Part shown: positions 42,797 to 52,952 of the stretch, one piece after another
Layout of the letters: every line of letters starts with the position of its first letter
Position numbering within the stretch: position 1 is the stretch's first letter
DNA from: a virus
DNA length: 64,000 nucleotides
Virus record (IMG/VR): IMGVR_UViG_3300042502_001732
Coordinates: 32,001 to 96,000 of that record
Direction: 5' to 3' (one strand)
Position numbers and translations under genes: made by a program
Notes under the pieces: generated by a model
The model's input: the letters and a program-made list of their open reading frames with translations, nothing else
The model's database searches: none
Told to the model about the DNA's origin: nothing

Positions 42797-43567
42797 ATGA
42801 AAACATTAGTAGTTTGTCCAACTTATGGGAGAGTTCCATATTTAAATCGTATGGTAGCTAGTTTTTTATCACAAACATATGATGATAAACATTTAGTAAT
42901 TATAAATGATGATAAAAATGTAGAAATATGCTGTGATAACAATCAAGTCACTTGTATAAATTTAAATAAAAAAATTCTACTTCCACAAAAAAGAAACATC
43001 GGCATTATGCTAGGATATTACGATCTTATCATGCAATATGACGATGATGATATTTTTTTACCAAACAGAATATCAAATCATGTTCAAAAACACATTGAAA
43101 ATCCAGATATTTGGTATTATTGGAATATGTCATCATATATTATATATGGAGATAAATTTGAAATCGCTGGATGTTCTCCCAATCACAGTTCTTTTTTAAG
43201 AAAGGCGTGGTTTTCTGTTGGTGGATATGCCAACAATGAAAATATCGGAGATGATATGGAATTTTTTTACAAAATACCAAACAATTTTAAAAAGGAAGAA
43301 AATGATCCAACATTAGCTGATTATGTTTACAACTTCGGCGGAGTTAACTATCACGCATCTTATGAAAAAGATATTAGAATAGATGAAATTGCATATAATC
43401 AATTATCTAATATGAATTTAATAGGTAAAAAATATTGGATAGAACCAGATTATGAAGAATATAACAAATTCTTGATATTAGAAAATTTATATAAACAGAA
43501 AAAAGAATCTTTAATTATTAAACATATAGATCAAGGAAAAATCGGTATAGATCATTTAATGATATGA
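42797..43567 (+). CDS. GT2 glycosyltransferase
   Basis: VCPTYGR, SQTY, KRN, YDDDD. Confidence 0.85.
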   Translation: MKTLVVCPTYGRVPYLNRMVASFLSQTYDDKHLVIINDDKNVEICCDNNQVTCINLNKKILLPQKRNIGIMLGYYDLIMQYDDDDIFLPNRISNHVQKHIENPDIWYYWNMSSYIIYGDKFEIAGCSPNHSSFLRKAWFSVGGYANNENIGDDMEFFYKIPNNFKKEENDPTLADYVYNFGGVNYHASYEKDIRIDEIAYNQLSNMNLIGKKYWIEPDYEEYNKFLILENLYKQKKESLIIKHIDQGKIGIDHLMI

Positions 43568-43800
43568 TAAAACAATTGATTTTCTAATTTTTTAAAACGA
43601 GCATCTGAATGCCACACCTCATCTGTTTGAGGTGTATAAATACCATCTTTTGTTATGATAGATTTACCTTTTTCCAGAGAGAGAATAGAAGGTTGATAAA
43701 TGTTGTATATAGGCTCTTTCTTGAATGAGCCTATCTCGCAAGATGTCAGCCCTATCATTACTATCATTAGTTTTAGAAGATCGCAACTTTTCAATTTCAT
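43552..43800 (-). CDS. putative o-spanin-like lipoprotein
   Basis: Hydrophobic stretch with lipobox LTSC; overlaps upstream ORF in another frame next to endolysin. Confidence 0.5.
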   Translation of the reverse strand: MKLKSCDLLKLMIVMIGLTSCEIGSFKKEPIYNIYQPSILSLEKGKSIITKDGIYTPQTDEVWHSDARFKKLENQLFYHIIK

Positions 43801-43924
43801 TGATAATTTGTTCTTGGTTGATTCTAGATTTTTGAATCATATCATAATAAAATGCTCTATTCTTTAACTCCAAAAAAGCAGTTAAAGCAGATAGAGCATT
43901 TTTAATTAATCCTATAATATCCAT
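43664..43924 (-). CDS. putative i-spanin-like protein
   Basis: N-terminal hydrophobic helix then coiled coil; lysis context. Confidence 0.45.
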   Translation of the reverse strand: MDIIGLIKNALSALTAFLELKNRAFYYDMIQKSRINQEQIINEIEKLRSSKTNDSNDRADILRDRLIQERAYIQHLSTFYSLSGKR

Positions 43925-44112
43925 TATTCGCCTTTATCTTTTGCTTTGCCGATATTAATGGCAGCAAAATCGATAAGAGCGTACAATTTAGCAAGGAATG
44001 TACCTGGAGCTGGTGTTGGTGTAGCTGCAGCAATAGCTGATGCTAACGCTACAACTGCTGTGATTATATTCAATATATCATTACCAGTGACGAGTTCTAA
44101 TATTGTATTCAT
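43924..44112 (-). CDS. small membrane protein, putative holin
   Basis: Hydrophobic helix, ATPTP, basic tail NIGKAKDK. Confidence 0.5.
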   Translation of the reverse strand: MNTILELVTGNDILNIITAVVALASAIAAATPTPAPGTFLAKLYALIDFAAINIGKAKDKGE

Positions 44113-44149
44113 ACACTAGTATTTAGTTCACTGCCTAATAAATATTATT

Positions 44150-44785
44150 ATGGAGTTTCCAGGTAAAAAACAAAAAGTAATGAATGTTCAGAAGGCTTTA
44201 GGACTATCAACTGATGGTATTGATGGTCCTAGAACATGGGATGCTATTGAAGAAACTGTTGTAAAGGACAAGCCTCAAACAGTTCCTACTACTCCTACAG
44301 GCAATACATTAGCTGAAAAGTTAGTAGCTCTAGCAAAGAAAGAAGTAGGTGTGGAAGAAGTTAACGGGACCAACTGCGGTCCTAGAGTTAACGAATATAA
44401 ATCAGCAACTTGGTTAGATTCAACGAAATCATGGCCTTGGTGCGCTGCTTTCATTTGCTGGTTGTTTAGAGAAGCAATGAAAGATGGTAAGTATAGCTTC
44501 GAAAGACCCAAGACAGCAGGTGCTTATGATTTTGAAAATTGGTGCAGAGAGCAAGATACACATGTTCTTTTAAAGAAACCTCATAATGGCGATATTAAGC
44601 CTGGAGATATTGTTATCTTTAACTTTTCTCACATTGGATTAGCAATTGGAAATCCAGATTCTGCTGGTTATGTTAAAACAATCGAAGGAAACACTGATGG
44701 CTTTGGATCTCGTGAAGGCGGAGCGGTGTTAGAAAAAAGACGTAAATTGTCATCTATACGTAGTAGAATTAGAGTTGTAATTTAA
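44150..44785 (+). CDS. endolysin: PG-binding plus CHAP domain
   Basis: VQKALGL..DGIDGPRT; PWCAAF, GDIVIF..SHIG, TIEGNT. Confidence 0.88.
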   Translation: MEFPGKKQKVMNVQKALGLSTDGIDGPRTWDAIEETVVKDKPQTVPTTPTGNTLAEKLVALAKKEVGVEEVNGTNCGPRVNEYKSATWLDSTKSWPWCAAFICWLFREAMKDGKYSFERPKTAGAYDFENWCREQDTHVLLKKPHNGDIKPGDIVIFNFSHIGLAIGNPDSAGYVKTIEGNTDGFGSREGGAVLEKRRKLSSIRSRIRVVI

Positions 44786-44810
44786 TATCAAATAATTAAA
44801 TAAAAATACT

Positions 44811-45008
44811 ATGATCAAAAGAATAAGCGATAACTCTGTTAAACTTTGCTGCAATAATAATGGTTGCCCAACCGTAACTGATATTGGTGAAGGATTAATT
44901 GAAATTACAGACGATAACGGCAATAAAATCGTTGTCAAGAAAGAAGAAGCGAGTTTAATTTCTGACGGTGTTAAAACACTCGATAAAGAAAATCTCATTC
45001 TTGGATGA
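44811..45008 (+). CDS. hypothetical protein
   Basis: 65 aa, LCC..GCP, TAAATA upstream. Confidence 0.55.
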   Translation: MIKRISDNSVKLCCNNNGCPTVTDIGEGLIEITDDNGNKIVVKKEEASLISDGVKTLDKENLILG

Positions 45009-45271
45009 ATTTAATTTATCACACTTTCGTATTATTAGGAATATGCTTCATATTAAAATATGGAGCTATTCTTAATTTTATAAGAAATCCTTTGAAAAAA
45101 ATATCTTTTTTTAAAGAACTTTTTAATTGCTGTTTGTGTATGGGATTTTGGATTGGTTTATTTTATTCAACAATTTCCCAAATGCCTTGGACTTTATGTT
45201 TTTATTCTGCCGCTGTTTGCTGGATCGCGGATTATATTATACAAATAATTCAGAAATATTTGTATAATTAA
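45005..45271 (+). CDS. DUF1360-like membrane protein
   Basis: ELFNCCLCMGFWIG motif, hydrophobic segments. Confidence 0.55.
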   Translation: MNLIYHTFVLLGICFILKYGAILNFIRNPLKKISFFKELFNCCLCMGFWIGLFYSTISQMPWTLCFYSAAVCWIADYIIQIIQKYLYN

Positions 45272-45882
45272 CGTTTAACTATTGTGTTTTTAATATTGTT
45301 AACCAATAATTCAAATCCTGTTATTTGATTTTTATCAAATTTTCCAGCTTTAGTTCCGATACTTATATAAAAATATTGTTTATCTACCACGCCTATATTG
45401 TACATTATATTTTGTGTAACTCCTAGATGTTCAAAATGATGTTTTAATTGACACTCATTCATTTCTGAAACATCACTAATACAATAACCAGCTCTTATAA
45501 CTTCTAATAAATTTTTAATATAATCTGAATCTATTGAAATATTTTCATATGTTGGTATTTCGTTCAAATTATTTCTATTCCAATCTTTATATATAGCTGA
45601 TGTATAAAATGATTTTCCAACTTGGGGAATCCCCCCTCCATTATGAGCTGCAAAAATAATAGCATGGTCTGCTCCAGCCTTTATTATTTCATATAAGTAT
45701 TCTTGTATATCTATACTATCTTGTAAAAATTCTAACATTTTTAAATTAGAAAAAGGTCTTCTTTCTACAAAAAATTTAATCATAGATGTTGTTGCTTTTA
45801 TTAAAGTAACTAAAGCACCAGAACTGATCAGAGCCATTAATATTAAAAATCCTCCGCTCTGTGTATCAAAAAATTCATTCAT
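45268..45882 (-). CDS. membrane-anchored protein with possible GAF-like domain
   Basis: N-terminal TM; AIIFAAHNGG motif. Confidence 0.45.
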   Translation of the reverse strand: MNEFFDTQSGGFLILMALISSGALVTLIKATTSMIKFFVERRPFSNLKMLEFLQDSIDIQEYLYEIIKAGADHAIIFAAHNGGGIPQVGKSFYTSAIYKDWNRNNLNEIPTYENISIDSDYIKNLLEVIRAGYCISDVSEMNECQLKHHFEHLGVTQNIMYNIGVVDKQYFYISIGTKAGKFDKNQITGFELLVNNIKNTIVKR

Positions 45883-45947
45883 GTTTATTATATTATTTAT
45901 AAAAGAAAATTAATTTTTTAAAAAAATTATGAAAGATAAATAATAAA

Positions 45948-46328
45948 GTGAATAGCAAATATATAGAATTAATTGATAGCGTGTATTCCTCTATTTTAGA
46001 GGAAAAAAACGATAATTCATCTATCGATGAATTTATCAAAATACGATCAAACGGAGCTAAAAAAATTGAAAAACAAGCCAAAGAAAAAGGCGGAGCTTCG
46101 ATATTAACAGCGATTCATTTTAAAGCAAAAGAAATTCCATATGAACATTGCTTAGAAAATTCAGAAGATATAAAATCTATAGAAAAAAAAGCAGATCTTG
46201 TTTTTAATAAACTTAAAAATTGGAAAAATTTATCACAAAGACAATTTCAAGCTTTGATGGGTGAACTTGAAGCTTATGGTGAAATTTATATAAAAATTAA
46301 AAAGCCAAACAGTATAAATTTAAATTAA
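45948..46328 (+). CDS. hypothetical late protein
   Basis: GTG start with TAAATA upstream. Confidence 0.6.
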   Translation: MNSKYIELIDSVYSSILEEKNDNSSIDEFIKIRSNGAKKIEKQAKEKGGASILTAIHFKAKEIPYEHCLENSEDIKSIEKKADLVFNKLKNWKNLSQRQFQALMGELEAYGEIYIKIKKPNSINLN

Positions 46329-46682
46329 TTATTTTTGTTGTAATCTATACAACAAATGATTGAATTCTGCTTCGATTTCATCTTTGATATTTTTTAAATC
46401 ATCAAATCCTTCAGAGATGGATGATAAATATGAAACGATCTCAGTTTTTAATGATGTGTACGAAGATATCAAATCTCCTTTATATGATTCCACTTTAATT
46501 GTATAATTTGTATTATTATTGGGAATTGTCGTTCTTCCGTAATAAACTTCTACAAACTTATCAAATAATTCATCCAACGTTTCGTATGCAGTTGATAACG
46601 CTTTATGTTCAGCATAACTCTTAGTTTGCCAATGATCAACCTTTAGTTGATTTAAAACCGTGAAAACTGCAATCAAATTCAT
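46329..46682 (-). CDS. DUF5856/Dps-ferritin-like protein
   Basis: HWQTKSYAEHKAL..Y..LDEL.D.FVE. Confidence 0.75.
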   Translation of the reverse strand: MNLIAVFTVLNQLKVDHWQTKSYAEHKALSTAYETLDELFDKFVEVYYGRTTIPNNNTNYTIKVESYKGDLISSYTSLKTEIVSYLSSISEGFDDLKNIKDEIEAEFNHLLYRLQQK

Positions 46683-46686
46683 ATGT

Positions 46687-46965
46687 TTATTTATGAGGTT
46701 TTTTAGCTTTTTCAACTTTATCCAATAATTTGTAATAATCTATTCTCTCAAAAAGATGATGAGATGCTATAGTTCTTGCTTGCTTTTCGTCTAACGGATT
46801 TTCTGGATCTTCCTCATGTTCCATTTCTATTTTCATTCCATCATTCAATGCGGTTTCTACATCTTCTTTAGAAACGCCATGCTTTTTCATTATTTCTTCA
46901 ACAGTTTTTGGCGGCTTCATTCCTTCATAAATTAAACCGATATTGATTGAATCTTTATTAAGCAT
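46687..46965 (-). CDS. DUF5661-like protein
   Basis: GMKIEMEH...A..IA.HHL.E..DYY..L. Confidence 0.7.
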   Translation of the reverse strand: MLNKDSINIGLIYEGMKPPKTVEEIMKKHGVSKEDVETALNDGMKIEMEHEEDPENPLDEKQARTIASHHLFERIDYYKLLDKVEKAKKPHK

Positions 46966-46997
46966 TTATATATTTAATAAAAATGATAAATATAAAT

Positions 46998-48239
46998 ATG
47001 AGCTTTTACGAATTTTACAATTCCATCATAAATGAAAATTTAGTTCTCAAAAAAAGACCAATACAATTAGATGATGGTTCAACTGTATACGAATTTATAG
47101 TTGATAGTGATATTGAAAATCCCAGAGATAAAAGCAACGAAACATATAAAAATAAAGATAACATAAAAAAAGCTGGGTTCGTGTGGAATAAAAATATTGG
47201 AAAGTGGACAAGTTCTGAAAAATTTTCTTTAGAAAATTTACAACAAGGAATTGCAAAATATAAAAGAGCCATTTTATCAATAAACAAAGATTTTAATGCC
47301 GTCGGATTTGATGATTATGCTGACGACCTTGAAGAATTTTTAGATCTTGGAATAACTGATAAACTTAAAGAATTCTTCACAGAATTAAAAGAAAAAATTA
47401 AAAATGCAAAAGATTCCCCAGAAGTTAAAGCGTTTTTTGAATTTAGAAAAAATTTCACCAATAGAAGTTTTAATAATCAAATGCTTATATTCATGCAGAA
47501 TAGAAAAGCAACTCATGTAGAAGGCAAAAAAACATGGGAAACGAAATTTGGAAGAAGACTCAAACTTGGAGCAAAATCAATTAAAATTTTTGTTCCTATC
47601 ATATCTAAAGATAAAAAGAATGAAGATGCTCCACAAGCTGATATGAAAGTTGATGAAACTCAACAATTAAAAGGATTTACAATTGGCAATGTATATGATA
47701 TATCAGATACTGTACCAATAGAAGGCAAGGAACATATGTATGTACAAGAACCAAAATGGTACGATGATGCAACCCCAGATGAAAAAACTAGATATCTTTA
47801 TGATGCTCTTGTTAAATTTGCCGAAGAACATAATGTTCAAGTATCTATAAGTGATGAGGGATTAGGCGGAGCTAGAGGAGTCAGCAGAGCAGGATCAATA
47901 CAATTGATGCAAGAAAACATATCAACAATGATTCATGAATTAACTCATGAAATTTTACACCCCGCTGATAAAAGAAAAGAATTATCAAGTGAAATAAAAG
48001 AATTACAAGCGGAAGGTGTAACATATCTAGTATTGAAACATTATGGTCTTCCTACATCACACGCTGAAATATATCTAGCTCTTTGGGAAAAAGATCCAGA
48101 AAATGTAAAACAAAATGAAGAAATAATAAGAGACACTGCTAAAATGTTTATTGAATATATTGACAATGCTACTATGAATTCTTCAGAAGAATCTCCCGTT
48201 CAGGAATCTTATATAAACAGCTTGAAAGCAATGTGGTAA
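46998..48239 (+). CDS. ArdC-like ssDNA-binding domain plus HExxH metallopeptidase
   Basis: SFNNQMLI..Q...AT.V.G.K.W...GR; IHELTHE; ELQAEGVTYLV. Confidence 0.75.
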   Translation: MSFYEFYNSIINENLVLKKRPIQLDDGSTVYEFIVDSDIENPRDKSNETYKNKDNIKKAGFVWNKNIGKWTSSEKFSLENLQQGIAKYKRAILSINKDFNAVGFDDYADDLEEFLDLGITDKLKEFFTELKEKIKNAKDSPEVKAFFEFRKNFTNRSFNNQMLIFMQNRKATHVEGKKTWETKFGRRLKLGAKSIKIFVPIISKDKKNEDAPQADMKVDETQQLKGFTIGNVYDISDTVPIEGKEHMYVQEPKWYDDATPDEKTRYLYDALVKFAEEHNVQVSISDEGLGGARGVSRAGSIQLMQENISTMIHELTHEILHPADKRKELSSEIKELQAEGVTYLVLKHYGLPTSHAEIYLALWEKDPENVKQNEEIIRDTAKMFIEYIDNATMNSSEESPVQESYINSLKAMW

Positions 48240-48240
48240 T

Positions 48241-49077
48241 ATGAAAAGCTTTGAAAATTTTTACGAAAACTATACAAACGAGTCCGAATTAAATGAAGGA
48301 TTCAAAGAGAATTTAATAAATTCATTACTGGCATTGTTTAGTATGGGAGCCGCTGTTTATGAAGGAAATTATGTTCTTAATTTCTTAAACAATCAACCAG
48401 CCCCAATGGAACAAAAAATCGATGCTTTAAATCAAGTAAAAGACCAAACAGACAATATAAAGATTAAAAAAGCCGTTGATGATGCCATTCAAAAAATAAA
48501 TCAACCAGCTCAAAAAGTAAAAGAAAACATCACTGGGGAAAAATCTAAAATATTAGATCTCGCTGTAAAACTTACATTGCCAAGTGAAATATTAGGAACC
48601 AATATATATGATAAAGTGAACGATAGTTTTATGAGACCATATCTTGATGACAAAGGATATTGGACGATTGGGGTTGGTCATTTATTAGGTAGCGAAGCTA
48701 AGAAAAATTTTTGGATACAAAATAGAGCAAAGCAAGGAAAATCAGCCACTTTATCAAGACCAGAGGCGCTGGCTCAATTTAAACAAGATCTTGAAAAACA
48801 TCATAATCTAGCACAAAAGAAATTCCAAAAGGAATGGCATAAATTTCCAAATGAACTCAAAGCGGTGTTAGTAGACATATCATTCAGAGGAGATCTTGAG
48901 AAAAAAGGATTAGGTGATTTCGCATTCGTTGAACTTTTAAAACAAGGAAAATATAAACAAGCAGCGAAAGAATATTTGGATCACACTGAATATAAATCAA
49001 GAATGAAAAAGGATAAACCAGACGGTGTTGTGAAAAGAATGAACAGAAACGCTGCTATTATATCAAAAACGACATAA
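48241..49077 (+). CDS. lysozyme-like (GH24) protein with N-terminal extension
   Basis: PYLDDKGYWTIGVGHL; A.KEYLD; R..RN. Confidence 0.7.
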   Translation: MKSFENFYENYTNESELNEGFKENLINSLLALFSMGAAVYEGNYVLNFLNNQPAPMEQKIDALNQVKDQTDNIKIKKAVDDAIQKINQPAQKVKENITGEKSKILDLAVKLTLPSEILGTNIYDKVNDSFMRPYLDDKGYWTIGVGHLLGSEAKKNFWIQNRAKQGKSATLSRPEALAQFKQDLEKHHNLAQKKFQKEWHKFPNELKAVLVDISFRGDLEKKGLGDFAFVELLKQGKYKQAAKEYLDHTEYKSRMKKDKPDGVVKRMNRNAAIISKTT

Positions 49078-49124
49078 CATTAATTCTATTGACAATGTAT
49101 TTTCATGTGGTAAGTATTATACAT

Positions 49125-49862
49125 ATGAAAACAAAAAACATATTGTTGGCAGTCGCAGCATTTGCTGCATTCACAAGCGTACAAGCTGGTACAGTTGAAC
49201 CTGTAACTGTTACAGCTGAAGAGTCCTCGACACCATCCATTGTTGTTGAAACTGGATATTCTTCTGAAAGCGTGTGGCGCGGTGCTGACCTTGGCAGAGA
49301 CGAAGCAAGTGCTGTTGTAACTACAACCACAGAATTACCAATTGGTGTTGGTCTTGATCTGGTCGCTGGTTATAGCAACGCTGACACTGAAGTAAAAGAC
49401 GAAGAAACCGATCTTTCTGCAGTTTTCTCAAAAGAGATTGCTGATTATCTTGTTTCTTTGAGTTATACTTGGTATTCGCAAGACTTTGCCAAAGATGGTA
49501 GTGGACAAGCGCAAGAAGCTGGTCTTTCGGTTTCGCGTGAAGTTGGACCTGTTGATGTTACATTCACTCAATACCTTGCGATCAAGGGTGATAATAACTC
49601 ATACAGCGAACTAGCAGCAACATACAGTGACGATTTCGGTCTTCCTGTTGTGTTGGATTTCCGTTCTGAACTCGGCTATCTTGCTCAAGAAGGAAAATGC
49701 ACTCATTTTGAAACTAGAATTTCAACCGATATTCCAGTTTTGCAAGAAGTAACAGCAGTTCCGTTTGTTGCATATTCTCTTGGTCTTGATGACTCTGTAG
49801 GTGCGCATTCAGACATGCATAATGTTTTCTTCGGTGGGATCGAGTTTAAGCGCTCGTTCTGA
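49125..49862 (+). CDS. outer-membrane beta-barrel (porin-like) protein
   Basis: Signal peptide ending VQA, GYSSE.VWRG, alternating beta-strands, C-terminal Phe. Confidence 0.7.
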   Translation: MKTKNILLAVAAFAAFTSVQAGTVEPVTVTAEESSTPSIVVETGYSSESVWRGADLGRDEASAVVTTTTELPIGVGLDLVAGYSNADTEVKDEETDLSAVFSKEIADYLVSLSYTWYSQDFAKDGSGQAQEAGLSVSREVGPVDVTFTQYLAIKGDNNSYSELAATYSDDFGLPVVLDFRSELGYLAQEGKCTHFETRISTDIPVLQEVTAVPFVAYSLGLDDSVGAHSDMHNVFFGGIEFKRSF

Positions 49863-49895
49863 TTTAGATATTCAAAAACCAAAATAAAAACCAAT

Positions 49896-49928
49896 ACCGT
49901 CTTGTGAGAAATCGCAAGGCGGTTTTTT
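49896..49928 (+). terminator. intrinsic terminator
   Basis: ACCGTCTTGTGA-GAAA-TCGCAAGGCGGT plus T-tract. Confidence 0.85.
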
Positions 49929-49963
49929 AATGTAAAAATTTTATTATATATTAAATATTAAAT

Positions 49964-52027
49964 ATGCGCAAAGATTTTTCAGAATTGTCATTTTTATATG
50001 AAAATGTTCTTATAAATGAAATATCTCAAAAATATGTGGATGTTATAAAAAAAGCTGCCAATGACCATGTGTTACCATTTGAAAATGTTTTTAACAATAA
50101 GTTGAGGATTATACTTCCCATCAAGGGAACTGAAACATACAATGCTATTTTAAATGATATTTCAAAAATAAAAGATTTTGATCGTTTCGATCCAGAAAAA
50201 AAAGAGGTCGTTAGAAAAATAAAACTCGATCCAAAATATGGCGGGGGAGAGAAAGAACAAAAAATAAACTTGGGAAGAGCGATCAATTCTTTAAAAATTG
50301 ATCCAGAAACAAAAAAGAAATATTTAAATTGGTTTGCCAATTACGAATCCAACATACCAGAAATGAATGATCTTAAAAGATTTTCTGTGGTTGTTTCAAG
50401 AAGTCCAATTGATGTGTTGAGAATGTCTGATATCAGCGATATAGAATCATGTCATAGTCAAGGCGGTGCGTATTTTCAATGTGCGATTCAAGAAGCTATA
50501 ACAGGCGGGGCTGTGGCTTATGTTGTACACACCAGAGATCTTAAAAAATTATCAGACGATGAGTTTCAAAATGAAGAAATATTCGAAGACAAAGAAAGAA
50601 ACGTCAAAGGAATCGGCGTATGGTCTAGATTAAGAATAAGAAGATACGAAATAGAAGAAAACAACAATGATATCGGGATTCCAGAAGTCAGAATCTATGG
50701 TCGAAAAATACCAGGATTTTATGACACTGTGAAAAACTTTTTAACAAAATCTCAACAATACAGCGTTGATAATCTTTATAAATTATATAAAAATAAACAA
50801 CTTAAAAAAACTGGTGGCTCTTATTCAGATTCCAGCGATAGTCAATTATTCAATAGAATGTACGACACTGATGTTTTTTATGGAAGCATTCGTCACGAAG
50901 ACAATGATGAAAATGCGGGTAGAGAAGCGCAATTCGAAGAAGAATTAGCAGGATTTCAAAACCGTTTCGAGTTTGAACATTGTAATGCGGGTTATAGTAT
51001 TGATGGAGATGATGATTATGTTTATTATACAGCGTGGGGAGCAATCAATATAGATCTTGGAGAATATCAAGTGATTGATGATTTTGTAGAATTTGACAGC
51101 GAGTATGAGATAAGCCAATTAAAAAAATACAACAAAGATTCTCAACACCAATGGGAAAGATCACTGCCATATAATTTTAAAAACAGAAACCAAGAATCCT
51201 CAATAAACACTTATAAAAATTTCCTAACAGATTTTGAACAATACGATAGCACATCTTTCGTAGAAGACTCGTTGGCTTCGATAAGCATAAAAAGAAATTA
51301 CAATGAAAAAACGGGAAATTGGGAAAAAAATCATTCATCAATGTCGCTGGGAATATTATTCAACAACGAAGAAAGCACAGACGACACTGACGAGTATCTC
51401 TCTTTCTTGAGAGAGGTTGACAACATAGATGGAAACTACGAATCAATCAAAAAAGCATTATTAAAAGCTTTATTGAAAAACGGTTTGATAAAATCAGGAC
51501 CAGATATGGAAAAATATACCACCATATCAAAAGAAAAAGAATTTGTAGAAGATATAAAGAACTTTGAATTTGATACGTCAGAAGACGCATTAACAACTGA
51601 TATATTTTTGGGAAGATACACAGAGCTATCAAAAGATGTTGCTTACGCAAACATCAGCATGATATTTGGAGAAGCACTTGAAAAATATCTAGACACGTAT
51701 TACAAATCACCGCAAATCAATACACAGCAAACCACATTTGATAAGTTTTTTGAAAACCACTACAACGAAACGCTTGTTAATAAGTATGGAATAGAAAATA
51801 TCAAATGCAGATACACCACCCAAGCATTCAACACCGAATTATACAACATGAGTTTGGAAATAAAATTCGAAGCATTGAACAGCAAAACCGCGCCAATTAT
51901 CAAATTCCTAAATGATCACTATGATGATATAACCAACATAGCCAAAATGTTTTTCTTAAAACTCGCCAAAATAGAAAACCAGGACACCAAAAGATTACAA
52001 CAGGTGTATGGTAAGTTATTACAATAA
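49964..52027 (+). CDS. large hypothetical protein (candidate internal virion protein)
   Basis: 687 aa; SRSPIDVLRMSD..SCH motif; TAAATA upstream. Confidence 0.6.
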   Translation: MRKDFSELSFLYENVLINEISQKYVDVIKKAANDHVLPFENVFNNKLRIILPIKGTETYNAILNDISKIKDFDRFDPEKKEVVRKIKLDPKYGGGEKEQKINLGRAINSLKIDPETKKKYLNWFANYESNIPEMNDLKRFSVVVSRSPIDVLRMSDISDIESCHSQGGAYFQCAIQEAITGGAVAYVVHTRDLKKLSDDEFQNEEIFEDKERNVKGIGVWSRLRIRRYEIEENNNDIGIPEVRIYGRKIPGFYDTVKNFLTKSQQYSVDNLYKLYKNKQLKKTGGSYSDSSDSQLFNRMYDTDVFYGSIRHEDNDENAGREAQFEEELAGFQNRFEFEHCNAGYSIDGDDDYVYYTAWGAINIDLGEYQVIDDFVEFDSEYEISQLKKYNKDSQHQWERSLPYNFKNRNQESSINTYKNFLTDFEQYDSTSFVEDSLASISIKRNYNEKTGNWEKNHSSMSLGILFNNEESTDDTDEYLSFLREVDNIDGNYESIKKALLKALLKNGLIKSGPDMEKYTTISKEKEFVEDIKNFEFDTSEDALTTDIFLGRYTELSKDVAYANISMIFGEALEKYLDTYYKSPQINTQQTTFDKFFENHYNETLVNKYGIENIKCRYTTQAFNTELYNMSLEIKFEALNSKTAPIIKFLNDHYDDITNIAKMFFLKLAKIENQDTKRLQQVYGKLLQ

Positions 52028-52438
52028 TCAACCTTCCATAACTTCATCTAAATCATAAAAGCTATTTATAAAATTGATATTGGCTTTTTGGATTGGTGTG
52101 AATCTGTGTGTAACTTCTTTTTCGTAAAATGTTTTGTTCTGCGAAAAAACAATTCGAACCCATCCCAAAGAAAAAAGAGTATCGTATACTCCTTTTTTGG
52201 AAGAAGTCCCAATACTATCTAAAATTTGTTTTCCAACGATTTCATGTTGTCCAACACCACCACGCACCACTGCAAAATTACCATGGCGATCCATCCAAAA
52301 CCCATAAGGTTTGTTCATAGGCAAACGAACAATGCTGTTGTGTATTTTCAAGGTGTCTTGATCATCAAAAGCTTTTGTTTTACTTGCTTCTTCAATCATT
52401 TCAAGATAAATACTGTTTATATCTAAACGATAATTCAT
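52028..52438 (-). CDS. hypothetical late protein
   Basis: PYGFW..G...H...GWVRI motif; TAAATA upstream. Confidence 0.6.
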   Translation of the reverse strand: MNYRLDINSIYLEMIEEASKTKAFDDQDTLKIHNSIVRLPMNKPYGFWMDRHGNFAVVRGGVGQHEIVGKQILDSIGTSSKKGVYDTLFSLGWVRIVFSQNKTFYEKEVTHRFTPIQKANINFINSFYDLDEVMEG

Positions 52439-52446
52439 AATTTTAT

Positions 52447-52920
52447 TTAATATAATTCGTTTTGTATAGAAGATAAGTATTCTCCATCCAGAGTTTGGAT
52501 TATTTTGGATTGCACAACAACACCAGGATTGATGATAATCACCGAAAGGTTTTCGTTTCTAATGTCTCCTTCGCCTGTGTTCTTGTAAAACGCTACATCA
52601 TAATCACCCAAACCTTCAACATAATCATAACCGTGATCAGAGCCATCGTCTGGCAACAACTTTGGATACACATCACCCGTTCTAATAATTAGCTCATAAA
52701 GATAATATGTGTCATACTTTCCTTCGTCATTGATCATATAATCAGCGCGAATCAACGCTTGTTGACGAGTACCACAATGAGATCCCGAAACGTAATCTCG
52801 CTTATCACCACGAGCAGAACTACGAAAAACTTTTAAATATTCCACACCTTCAACGTCTTTAAACTTTGTATTTGCCGTTAATTCTTGAGTGTTATAGAAA
52901 GATTCCAAAAAGCTTTTCAT
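52447..52920 (-). CDS. hypothetical protein, possible ADP-ribosyltransferase-like fold
   Basis: VFRS..GSHCGT..QA..R, YKN.GEG...SVII; TAAATA before ATG 52920. Confidence 0.4.
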   Translation of the reverse strand: MKSFLESFYNTQELTANTKFKDVEGVEYLKVFRSSARGDKRDYVSGSHCGTRQQALIRADYMINDEGKYDTYYLYELIIRTGDVYPKLLPDDGSDHGYDYVEGLGDYDVAFYKNTGEGDIRNENLSVIIINPGVVVQSKIIQTLDGEYLSSIQNELY

Positions 52921-52952
52921 AGGATTATTTAATTGACTAAATATTTTAGATA

